IMG/VR virus record: IMGVR_UViG_3300018018_000001
Span: 32,001 to 96,000 of that record
Direction: 5' to 3' (one strand)
From: a virus
DNA: 64,000 bases
Shown here: in pieces, positions 19,495 through 27,548 of the stretch
Layout of the letters: every line of letters begins with the position of its first letter
Numbering within the stretch: position 1 is the stretch's first letter
Translations under genes and position numbers: made by a program
The notes under the pieces: generated by a model
The model's database searches: none
What the model saw: only the letters and a program-made list of their open reading frames with translations
Told to the model about the DNA's origin: nothing

Positions 19495-19826
19495 AAAGCA
19501 AAGCATTTAAAGTATTGGAATCCCTTATTCTTACCGAAGGAAAAGATTATCTCTATCTCATAGATCTTGATGAGCGGGGATCTTTCAGAGCACATGTTGA
19601 GGATGCCAAAACAGGAAAAGTAGTCTTTCAGTTTTCTAATGAGGAAGAAGAAGAGGTTTTGGATGATGAAGGTGAACCCACTGGTGAGGTTCATACCTTT
19701 GATGGAGAAATAAGCATGGTTCGAGATGGATATATGAAACATGGTGAGGATATAGTGGGTCTGGAAGAATATCTAATTGACATGAAAATCATACCCGCAG
19801 GATCTCATCTTAAGAAGGGGAATTAA
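19491..19826 (+). CDS. Acidic putative internal head protein (leader MKSKAFKVLESLILTE)
   Basis: Shared N-terminal motif. Confidence 0.55.
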   Translation: MKSKAFKVLESLILTEGKDYLYLIDLDERGSFRAHVEDAKTGKVVFQFSNEEEEEVLDDEGEPTGEVHTFDGEISMVRDGYMKHGEDIVGLEEYLIDMKIIPAGSHLKKGN

Positions 19827-19827
19827 T

Positions 19828-20130
19828 ATGAAAAACAAAGCGCAAGTAGTTTTGGATAGTCTCAAAGAGGCTGAAGGTGATTTTACTCCCCAGGAAAAGG
19901 AGCTTATAAATACTGGGTATATTCATATAAGAGATAGTCATATGTTTGGTGATGCTCCTCTTTTTAAGAAAGGAAATGATTACAAATTTGTTTATCAAGG
20001 AAAAGTAATGACCCCTCAAGAAATATATGATGATCTTGTCCAAAATTGGGACCCGCAATCAGAGGAAGAAGTTAGTTGGAAAATGGATAGTATGAAGGGC
20101 TATTTCAAAGCTTTTGGGATAAAGGATTAA
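19828..20130 (+). CDS. Putative internal head protein (leader MKNKAQVVLDSLKE)
   Basis: Shared N-terminal motif. Confidence 0.55.
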   Translation: MKNKAQVVLDSLKEAEGDFTPQEKELINTGYIHIRDSHMFGDAPLFKKGNDYKFVYQGKVMTPQEIYDDLVQNWDPQSEEEVSWKMDSMKGYFKAFGIKD

Positions 20131-20150
20131 AATTAATAAAAGGGGAAGGT

Positions 20151-20681
20151 ATGAAGGTATGCTCAAAGTGTAAGATTCCTAAGAATGAATTAGAGTTTCC
20201 TAAAAGAAAAAAAGAAAAAGATGGTTATAATCCTTGGTGTAAATTATGTATTAATAAATACAATAAAGGATTATATTTGAAGAACGGAAGAAAAAATAGG
20301 ATTTGTAACCCAGAAAGAAATAGAGAATCTAAACTGAAATGGAAGACTAATAATCCCGAAAAAGTTATTGAAATAAGAAGAAGGGATTACAAAAATTGTC
20401 ATAATAAATGTCTTGATTATTATGGTCATAAATGTGCTCTTTGCCCTCAAATAGAAAATTTAGTTATTGATCATATTGGTGGATATGATGGTAAAAGTCC
20501 AAGAGGTGGGATCTCTCTTTGGAGATGGTTGATTAAAAGTAATTTTCCACCAGGATTCAGAGTTCTTTGTATGAGATGTAATACTATTGATGGGGCTCTT
20601 AGATCTCATCCTCTTTTAAATTTGAGAGGAATTGATGATTTATTAAATATTTTAAAAAATACGCCTTATATTAAGGCATAG
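20151..20681 (+). CDS. HNH-like homing endonuclease
   Basis: CSKC...CKLC; YYGHKCALC..IDHIGG...RVLCMRCN. Confidence 0.8.
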   Translation: MKVCSKCKIPKNELEFPKRKKEKDGYNPWCKLCINKYNKGLYLKNGRKNRICNPERNRESKLKWKTNNPEKVIEIRRRDYKNCHNKCLDYYGHKCALCPQIENLVIDHIGGYDGKSPRGGISLWRWLIKSNFPPGFRVLCMRCNTIDGALRSHPLLNLRGIDDLLNILKNTPYIKA

Positions 20682-20742
20682 AAGGAGGTGTATCATGACG
20701 CTATAAGACTTAAGTTTAAATGTCTTTGGTAGGTGATACAGA

Positions 20743-20967
20743 ATGGACCCAAAACTTCTCAAACTTCCTAAGCAGAACAGGAAGAAAGCAGGTGGAGGAT
20801 CTCAAAAAGATCGGCAAATGATGGCTCATAGAGCCAAGCATTCCCGATATCTTAGAGAGGGGCGATTAGAGAAAAACAAAGCCCGAAGAGCTTTAACCCA
20901 AAAACATAGAGAAGCTAAACAAGCTTTAAAGAAAACTCACAGAGCCAATACTGCAGTGGCGCAGTGA
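20743..20967 (+). CDS. Small, very basic protein
   Basis: K/R/H-rich 74 aa; SD AGGTGA. Confidence 0.6.
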   Translation: MDPKLLKLPKQNRKKAGGGSQKDRQMMAHRAKHSRYLREGRLEKNKARRALTQKHREAKQALKKTHRANTAVAQ

Positions 20968-20976
20968 GGTGGGGAT

Positions 20977-21012
20977 GGGGGAAACCTCAAAAACCCCTTG
21001 AGGTATTCCCCC
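20977..21012 (+). terminator. Strong intergenic hairpin
   Basis: gggggaa-acctcaa / ttgaggt-a-ttccccc, followed by tttatt. Confidence 0.55.
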
Positions 21013-21031
21013 TTTATTAAATGGAGGTTTT

Positions 21032-21259
21032 ATGCCAGCACAAATTCAACCCAGCAGTTGGCTTAAGAATTATAGTTGGAAAATGTCTAAGGATTCTTCC
21101 ATTGGAAATGGTGTGGTATATACTAACTCACAAAAGCCTGGACATGAAATTGTTCTTTTTGACGATGGGAGAATAGAACATCGTTTGCATGGTCAAAAGA
21201 TTGCTGCAGTTGACTCTAAGAATGTAGCAGCATATATGTCTAAAATCCATAGATATTAA
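21032..21259 (+). CDS. Hypothetical protein
   Basis: 75 aa; SD GGAGG. Confidence 0.6.
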   Translation: MPAQIQPSSWLKNYSWKMSKDSSIGNGVVYTNSQKPGHEIVLFDDGRIEHRLHGQKIAAVDSKNVAAYMSKIHRY

Positions 21260-21272
21260 AAGGGAGGGTTAT

Positions 21273-21431
21273 ATGGATATTGATAATTTTATTGAAAAAG
21301 TTGGGGATTTTTTATCTGCTGAAAATGAAGAACAAGTGAAAAGAATTGAAGAATGTGATGTTTCTAAATTTAAGGTAGCGATAAGAAAACTAAATATTGA
21401 TTTAAGTAGTAATAAGGAGGAAATAGATTGA
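21273..21431 (+). CDS. Small hypothetical protein (not in the ORF track)
   Basis: 52 aa MDIDNFIEK...EEID; SD GGGAGG; overlaps the next TTG. Confidence 0.55.
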   Translation: MDIDNFIEKVGDFLSAENEEQVKRIEECDVSKFKVAIRKLNIDLSSNKEEID

Positions 21432-21640
21432 AAGTAGAGCAACAAGTCTCTTTTTTCGTCCGTAGAGATGTTTTAGAGAAATACATAGCAGAAAATAAGG
21501 AATGTACTCTTTTTAACTTCTCTGGGTTGTTTGGTACTAATGGGGAAATGATTTTAACAATTACCCCTGTTCGTGAACATTCACTATTGGGCCAAGGAAG
21601 AGCCACCATATTTGGGGAGCAAACAAGAGGTATTGCATAA
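21428..21640 (+). CDS. Hypothetical protein
   Basis: TTG start after AAGGAGG. Confidence 0.55.
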   Translation: MKVEQQVSFFVRRDVLEKYIAENKECTLFNFSGLFGTNGEMILTITPVREHSLLGQGRATIFGEQTRGIA

Positions 21641-21795
21641 TGATAAAACCTGAATACCGATGTCAAAAATGTCATTGGTATTTTAAGAGGGATAAGCCAG
21701 GACCAACCCAATGCCCCAAATGTGGATATAACTATGTTGATTGGCTTAATCATGAGAAAGTTATAAAGTCATTAGGTGATTATGGGAGAGCATAA
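21640..21795 (+). CDS. Small Zn-ribbon protein (not in the ORF track)
   Basis: 51 aa MIKPEYRCQKCHW...CPKCGYNY; TAATG coupling at both ends. Confidence 0.65.
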   Translation: MIKPEYRCQKCHWYFKRDKPGPTQCPKCGYNYVDWLNHEKVIKSLGDYGRA

Positions 21796-22352
21796 TGAAT
21801 AAAGCAAGAAAGTTGCTAAGTTTTTTAATTGAAGCTTCTGGTGATACTCAAGGAGATATTCAAGGAGATAATGTAGTCCCTCCTGCTGAAGATATTGCCG
21901 ATCAGTTGTTAACCAATTTAAGTAAAGATTTAAAAGTTACAAAGGGTGAGGTTGAACCTGTTCCTGATGAATTTACTGCTAAATTTATAGCAGTAGATGA
22001 GGATGAGGTTGAAGATAAAACTGATTTGGACTTTACCGATGGTGGGAATCATAGTGCTTATCCTGATTTTGTTCCTAAGGGTGATTACTGGTTTTCCAAG
22101 AATAAATCGGAAGAAGGTAAAGTAGGAATTTGTTGCCATGAATTTGTTGAGGATATGGTCCTTAAACATATTACTGGTCTTGGAAATTATGACTTTGTTC
22201 ATACGGCTGTAGCAGATCCAGTAGAGGCTATTGTTCGATGGATTTATAGAAAAGTCAATCCAGGGAAAGAAGAGGCATTAAAAAAGGCTTCTCCTCAAGT
22301 GGAAAAGTGGGTAGAGTTTTGGTCAAATCTTAATGAGCAATATGAGGATTAA
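21795..22352 (+). CDS. Putative metalloprotein (HEFVE...H) with targeting leader MNKARKLLSFLIE
   Basis: DFTDGGNH..Y..VP...CHEFVE...YDFVH. Confidence 0.55.
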   Translation: MNKARKLLSFLIEASGDTQGDIQGDNVVPPAEDIADQLLTNLSKDLKVTKGEVEPVPDEFTAKFIAVDEDEVEDKTDLDFTDGGNHSAYPDFVPKGDYWFSKNKSEEGKVGICCHEFVEDMVLKHITGLGNYDFVHTAVADPVEAIVRWIYRKVNPGKEEALKKASPQVEKWVEFWSNLNEQYED

Positions 22353-22354
22353 TA

Positions 22355-22957
22355 GTGAAAATAGATTTATGCTATTATGGGTGTGGACAAAAAGCAATGT
22401 ATGAACTAAAGAACGGCAGAGGGTGCTGTTCTAGTAGTCAAAATTCTTGCCCAGAGATTAAAAGAAAAAATAAAGGAAATAGAGAATCCAAAAAGGGCAA
22501 CAAAAATCCCATGTTTAGAAAAAAGCATACCACAAGTTCATTACAAGAAATGAGTAAGTCCCATAAAGGAAAGAAAAAACCTTGGGTTACTGAAAGAAAT
22601 AAGAAATTAATAAATAATAAAAATCCTATGTTTGGAAAGAAAAGACTTGATGTTATTGAAAGAAACAAAAAATCAATAGGTGATAAAAGTTATAATTGGC
22701 ATGGTGGATCTTCTTTTGAACCTTATTCTCCTGAATTTAATAACAAGTTGAAGGAACAAATAAGGAATAAATTTGATCATACTTGTGTCCTTTGCGGTGA
22801 GTATGCAAAAGTACCTCATCATATAGATTATAACAAAAAAAATAACAGAGAGGATAATTTTGTTCTTTTATGTAAAAGTGATAACTCTAAAGTGAATAAG
22901 AATAGAGTTCAATGGGAAATCTATTTTAGACTATTCCTTATGATGTGGGGAAAATAA
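22355..22957 (+). CDS. NUMOD3 plus HNH homing endonuclease
   Basis: Paralogue of 8310 and 13743; CVLC..VPHHIDY...DNFVLLC. Confidence 0.85.
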   Translation: MKIDLCYYGCGQKAMYELKNGRGCCSSSQNSCPEIKRKNKGNRESKKGNKNPMFRKKHTTSSLQEMSKSHKGKKKPWVTERNKKLINNKNPMFGKKRLDVIERNKKSIGDKSYNWHGGSSFEPYSPEFNNKLKEQIRNKFDHTCVLCGEYAKVPHHIDYNKKNNREDNFVLLCKSDNSKVNKNRVQWEIYFRLFLMMWGK

Positions 22958-22958
22958 T

Positions 22959-23177
22959 TTGACTAAAAAACCCAATAATGGAGAATTAGTTCCCTATATT
23001 CTTGATGCCATAGAAAAGGGGATAGATGTTTCAACAAGAAATAAAGCTATTAAATATCTTAGCAGTTTTATTGACACTGAAACTGATCCTGGTGCAATAA
23101 CTTCCCTTGAGTTTTTAGTAAAATATCTTGATACCAAAGCTTATGCCGAATTATATGCTTATGTAGGGACTTTATGA
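22959..23177 (+). CDS. Hypothetical protein
   Basis: 72-aa ORF filling the gap in the operon. Confidence 0.5.
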   Translation: MTKKPNNGELVPYILDAIEKGIDVSTRNKAIKYLSSFIDTETDPGAITSLEFLVKYLDTKAYAELYAYVGTL

Positions 23178-23719
23178 AATTTAAAGAGGATGACAACCGG
23201 CTGAATCAAACCACCTATGAACCTCATAAGCTGAATATTTCTGTTGGAAGATTCCCAGGTGGGCATGATGAAAGACCACAAAATGACCTTGGGACTTCCC
23301 CAAAAAAGAGAGTGCAAGACATAAATAATAAAGCGGCTTACCAAATGACTAAGGATGAATATGTAAAGAAAGAAATGTCTTATAAAAGAAAACATGGTAT
23401 TGTGGGGTCTGGTAGATTTGGTGGGGCTCAAGGGCTTAAAGCGGAAGCAGAAAAAATGCATAAAATTATGGTTAAGGATGCACTCAGTAAAGACAAGACT
23501 GTTCCTCCTGAGGTTTTAGCCGATTATCCGGATCTTACAATGAAGAAAGAAACTCTTGGAACCCCTGTAGGTGGGTATGGGCATCCGATTACTGCTTTTA
23601 CTGGAATCCATGGTTATCAACCTAAGCCTTATGACCAATTTGGAATAAAGGGAAGAAAGAGAGATAAGAAGTCTAAAGCTAAAAAAGCCTTAGAACTTCT
23701 CTTTGCTGCTGAGGTATAA
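23174..23719 (+). CDS. Hypothetical head-module protein
   Basis: 181 aa containing YQMTKDEY...VPPEVLADYPDL. Confidence 0.6.
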   Translation: MKFKEDDNRLNQTTYEPHKLNISVGRFPGGHDERPQNDLGTSPKKRVQDINNKAAYQMTKDEYVKKEMSYKRKHGIVGSGRFGGAQGLKAEAEKMHKIMVKDALSKDKTVPPEVLADYPDLTMKKETLGTPVGGYGHPITAFTGIHGYQPKPYDQFGIKGRKRDKKSKAKKALELLFAAEV

Positions 23720-25006
23720 ATGCCCAAAGTAAACTATCTGCTTAATGAAATAAAGTCTATTAACGAAATTGGTGCTCAGAAATTTCTAATCCTGGATGGT
23801 GGGGAACAGGTTAATATTGCTGAAAGACTGGGCAGGGATGCTGAAGTCTTTTATTTTGTTCCTTGGTATGATTCTGATCCCAAAGTAGATAGGCCATATG
23901 TAGGTCTCAATCTAAAAGGGGTAACCGTAGTTTATGACTATTGGAACCATCTAAAAGAGGCAGACAGGATATTCTTTCCAGATTGCTATTATGAGGATTT
24001 AGCGGAAAATATTTCTGAACAAGGGTATATTGTTATTGGACCAAGAAAAGCAGCAGTTCTGGAATATGATAAAGAGATAATGAGAAAAGAGTGTATGAGG
24101 GTTGGACTTAAAATGGCTGAGGCCGAAAAGATAAAAGGGCTAAAACATTTAATCAGGGTATTAGATGGAAAAGAGGGTACAATAGTAAAACCAAAGATAT
24201 TTAGGGGGGAAAGTGAGACTTGGGAATACAAGTCAAAACTTAGTGGACAAGCTAAATTTGATGGTATATCCTTAAGTCTTGGCCCATTTGCCGAAAGCTT
24301 TGAGTGGTTTGTTGAAAAGCCTGTTAAGGGCCTGGAAATGGGAGTAGATGGGATAACTATAGACGGAGAGTTAATATACCCTATGATTTGGGGTTGCACT
24401 AGCGGGTATATGTTTTTGGGTAGAATTGATAATCCTGACAAAGTTCCTGAGCCATTTAAATCTACTAATTCAAAACTATCCAAGTTGTTTGAAGAGTATA
24501 AAGTAAAAAGTTTTTTTGGGACAGAAGAAATTATTCATGAGGATAAAAAAGGTTCTACTTTTATAGATTTAGCTATGCGCCTTTCTAATTCTCATATTAG
24601 TGGAATATTTACAGAATTAATTAAGAATTTTCCTGATTTTCTATTCAGTATGGGAAGTGATAAAATTATTATTCCAGATGTAGAGGCTACTCATGTAGGA
24701 TCAGCAGTTTTAGTATTATCTAAAGAAGCTGAAGAATGGGTGACTATTAAATCTCCAAAGGAAATGACTAATTTGAAACTAGAGTATATGTCTAAGAATC
24801 AGGAAGGAGATTACATTATAGCCCCAAGAAAACAAGTAACTTGTGGGGCTCTTGTTGCATTAGGTAAATCATGGGATGAAGTAATCTCTAAACTTCAAGA
24901 GGATTTTAAAAAAATAGAAGCTAGTATTGGATTAGATCCTATACCAGGTGTTAGCGAATATGAAGAAATGATAGAAAAGGTAAATTCTTTCGGGTTGGAG
25001 TTTTAG
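23720..25006 (+). CDS. PurD(GARS)-like ATP-grasp enzyme with leader MPKVNYLLNEIKSINE
   Basis: VIGPRKAAVLEYDKEIMR, IVKP, FVEKPVKGLEMGVDG, FIDLAMRL. Confidence 0.7.
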   Translation: MPKVNYLLNEIKSINEIGAQKFLILDGGEQVNIAERLGRDAEVFYFVPWYDSDPKVDRPYVGLNLKGVTVVYDYWNHLKEADRIFFPDCYYEDLAENISEQGYIVIGPRKAAVLEYDKEIMRKECMRVGLKMAEAEKIKGLKHLIRVLDGKEGTIVKPKIFRGESETWEYKSKLSGQAKFDGISLSLGPFAESFEWFVEKPVKGLEMGVDGITIDGELIYPMIWGCTSGYMFLGRIDNPDKVPEPFKSTNSKLSKLFEEYKVKSFFGTEEIIHEDKKGSTFIDLAMRLSNSHISGIFTELIKNFPDFLFSMGSDKIIIPDVEATHVGSAVLVLSKEAEEWVTIKSPKEMTNLKLEYMSKNQEGDYIIAPRKQVTCGALVALGKSWDEVISKLQEDFKKIEASIGLDPIPGVSEYEEMIEKVNSFGLEF

Positions 25007-25630
25007 GTGGATAATCGAAGAAAACCTAAAACAAAAGAGTGGAAAGAGCAAGTTAGTTTAAAGCTTAAAGGTATAAAAAAGCCGTGGTTAAGTGAGAAAT
25101 TTAAATTAAATAATCCAATGAATAATCTTGAAAGTAGAGAAAAAGTTAATCAATCTAAGGTGGGTAAAAAGAGATATCCATTCTCTGATAAATGGAAAAT
25201 GAATATGAGTAAAAGTAGAAAAGGAAAACCTAAAACAGAGCAACATAAAGAAAATATAAGTAATTCTATGCTAAAATCAGATATTGTTAAGAAAAATTGT
25301 TTACGTGCGCAAAGTTTTATTAAATCCCCCTCTAAACCTCAGATTAAACTATTCAACATGATTAAAAAGGAATTTAATTCTGCTGAACTTAATTTTCCTC
25401 TGATTCTTGATAATGGTAAAGGGTACTCTCTTGATGTAGTAATTCCAGAATATAAAATAGCTATTGAATATGATGGATTTTATTGGCATAAAGATAGGGA
25501 TAAGGACTTGAAAAGACAAAGAGAATGTGAAGATTATGGATTCAAATTTATTAGGTATCAAGATAACGTTCCTTCTGAAGAAAAGTTAATGGATGATATA
25601 AATAGAATATTTTGCAAATTTTTCTCATAA
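25007..25630 (+). CDS. NUMOD3 plus DUF559-like PD-(D/E)xK endonuclease
   Basis: YSLDVVIPEYKIAIEYDGFYWH. Confidence 0.8.
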   Translation: MDNRRKPKTKEWKEQVSLKLKGIKKPWLSEKFKLNNPMNNLESREKVNQSKVGKKRYPFSDKWKMNMSKSRKGKPKTEQHKENISNSMLKSDIVKKNCLRAQSFIKSPSKPQIKLFNMIKKEFNSAELNFPLILDNGKGYSLDVVIPEYKIAIEYDGFYWHKDRDKDLKRQRECEDYGFKFIRYQDNVPSEEKLMDDINRIFCKFFS

Positions 25631-25740
25631 AAACACTCTTCTACATATCTTATCGGCAGATTTAGTAAAAAAGTTTAGTTTATTTTAACAATAAAATCAA
25701 TGAGTTCAAAAAATTTCAATTTTTTCATCCAATTTTCCTA

Positions 25741-25769
25741 TTGATTTTTAACAATATTCATTATATAAT
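25741..25769 (+). promoter_or_regulatory. sigma70-type promoter
   Basis: TTGATT-17 nt-TATAAT upstream of the prohead protease. Confidence 0.7.
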
Positions 25770-25816
25770 CAGGTATAAGTGAAGAATATGAAAGAATATG
25801 GTGGTGGAGGCTATTA

Positions 25817-27403
25817 ATGGCAAAAATCGGATTTGATATTTTAACTCTTCAGCCTGTTCAATTTGCGATTGAAGAGTCAGACACTACTATTGATGGAAAA
25901 AATGTCTTAGGAAAACTAAAAGGAACTTTCTTTGTTCCTAATGGCATTTCCCGAAATAAGAGATTCTATGGGTCAGACGTTTGGGAAACTCAACTTAAGA
26001 ATGAGGATGTTCTGACAAGACTAAAAGATAAGAGAATGTTTGGGACTATTGGCCACAATATCAAAGTCAATGATGAGTCTTTGGCCGAAGGTAAACTTTC
26101 TCACATTACCACGGCTTTGTCAATGAATGGCAGTGAGGGTGTTGGTGAGGCCCTTATACTTAACACCGAAGCAGGACGCAATTTGAACACCGTCTTAAGG
26201 GCGGGAAGCAAATTATATGTATCCTCAAGAGCCAATGGAGATTACAAAGGCACTTCCCACGGTGTTCCAAGTGTAGACCCAGAAACTTTTAAGCTTGAAG
26301 GATTTGATTTTGTTATGGAGCCAGGTTTCCTACAAGCTAATCCAGCATTAGTTGAATCTCTTCATATCAAACCTGAAGAGGTTAAGAAATTAGCTGAGGA
26401 TCTTAATGAAACTGTCGATGTTAACTCCCCTGAGGGTGTAATAATAAATGTTGCCCCAGGTGGGATTGTAAATATTGATAGTGGCAAAACAAAAAATTTA
26501 GATGTAAAGACCCCTAAGGATATTAAAATTGAAGAAAGGAACCAGGAGGAAATTATTATGGAGAAAGAACTTGTAGAAAAACTCATGACAGAGAAAGCAG
26601 AGCTTTCTAACACCTTGACTGAAGCTTTGAAAAGCCTAGAGTCTATCAAGGCCGAAAAGGTGGTTTTGGCTTCTGAAGTTAAAACAATTAGTGAAAAACT
26701 GGAAAAGGCCGAAAAGGAAATCAAGGATAAAGGACCTATCCTGGAGACCTATGAAAAATTGGGATCTCCTGCCGATGTGGAAAAGGCTCTGGATCTGGCT
26801 GAAAAAGTGATCTGGAAGTATAAAGAGTCTGGTTCCCCAGATGAAGTCCGTACTGCTCTTGAGAAAGCTTTTACTGAACTTCAGTCTTACAAGCAGATGG
26901 GTACGGTGACTGAGATTGATGAGGCTTTCAATAAGGCTGAATCCTTGATTAAAAAGTATCGTGAGTTAGGAACTCTAGCCGAATTGACTGAAGCCCTTGA
27001 TACCGCCACCACAATTTTCACGAAATTCCAGGAACTGGGATCTCCTGCTGAAATCTCCTTGGCCCTTGACAAGGCTGCAAAGTTAGCTGAAGGGATCAAA
27101 GATGATAGGTTTGGTAAGAGAGTGGAAAAACTGGCTGGTGAATTAGGTGTTCCTGTTGAGGCTATTCGAGAAGTGGCCAAAAAGATGAATGATGGTGAAG
27201 TCCGTAAATTTGTCAAGGCCCTTTCCGAAAGCAATAATCTCAAAGTTAAGTATTTGGCCAAGCCTAAGCCCGGTGCTCTACCTAAGACCAAAGAAGATCT
27301 TAAGAATAAGCCAAGTATTTTCCAGAAATCACGGGGTGAAGCTTTAATGGAGAGTGTTACCCATAACCAGGCAAGGCTTTTCCCGAATAAAGATAAGAAG
27401 TAG
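25817..27403 (+). CDS. Prohead protease (T4 gp21-like) fused to a scaffold coiled coil
   Basis: SRNKRFY, MFGTIGH, LSHI, VSSRANG, GFDFVMEPGF, followed by a long helical repeat region. Confidence 0.88.
   Translation: MAKIGFDILTLQPVQFAIEESDTTIDGKNVLGKLKGTFFVPNGISRNKRFYGSDVWETQLKNEDVLTRLKDKRMFGTIGHNIKVNDESLAEGKLSHITTALSMNGSEGVGEALILNTEAGRNLNTVLRAGSKLYVSSRANGDYKGTSHGVPSVDPETFKLEGFDFVMEPGFLQANPALVESLHIKPEEVKKLAEDLNETVDVNSPEGVIINVAPGGIVNIDSGKTKNLDVKTPKDIKIEERNQEEIIMEKELVEKLMTEKAELSNTLTEALKSLESIKAEKVVLASEVKTISEKLEKAEKEIKDKGPILETYEKLGSPADVEKALDLAEKVIWKYKESGSPDEVRTALEKAFTELQSYKQMGTVTEIDEAFNKAESLIKKYRELGTLAELTEALDTATTIFTKFQELGSPAEISLALDKAAKLAEGIKDDRFGKRVEKLAGELGVPVEAIREVAKKMNDGEVRKFVKALSESNNLKVKYLAKPKPGALPKTKEDLKNKPSIFQKSRGEALMESVTHNQARLFPNKDKK
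26558..27403 (+). CDS. Probable nested in-frame scaffold protein
   Basis: AGGAGG-aaattatt-ATG in frame at the protease/coiled-coil boundary. Confidence 0.55.
   Translation: MEKELVEKLMTEKAELSNTLTEALKSLESIKAEKVVLASEVKTISEKLEKAEKEIKDKGPILETYEKLGSPADVEKALDLAEKVIWKYKESGSPDEVRTALEKAFTELQSYKQMGTVTEIDEAFNKAESLIKKYRELGTLAELTEALDTATTIFTKFQELGSPAEISLALDKAAKLAEGIKDDRFGKRVEKLAGELGVPVEAIREVAKKMNDGEVRKFVKALSESNNLKVKYLAKPKPGALPKTKEDLKNKPSIFQKSRGEALMESVTHNQARLFPNKDKK
26750..27094 (+). repeat. Five 23-aa helical repeats in the scaffold
   Basis: YEKLGSPADVEKALDLAEKVIWK / YKESGSPDEV... / YKQMGTVTEI... / YRELGTLAEL... / FQELGSPAEI... Confidence 0.8.
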
Positions 27404-27424
27404 TTTTGATCTGCTGAATTAATT

Positions 27425-27525
27425 TCCTCACTTAGGGTGAGGACTAAGAGATGTCAAAGTAAGATTTTCTGCACTTCAGACTGTCAAGCTAAGGCTCTCT
27501 TGAATAACACCCTTACGTAAGGGTG
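27425..27525 (+). promoter_or_regulatory. Structured leader of the major capsid gene
   Basis: tcctcac-ttagg-gtgagga hairpin and a perfect 18-bp palindrome cacccttacgtaagggtg (27508-27525). Confidence 0.55.
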
Positions 27526-27548
27526 AATCCAAGACGATGGAGGAGTGT

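Noticed and set aside
23720-25006. Annotation as a bona fide purD auxiliary metabolic gene
   Set aside because: The similarity is to the fold only, the context is head morphogenesis, and no other pur genes are present. No gene symbol was assigned.
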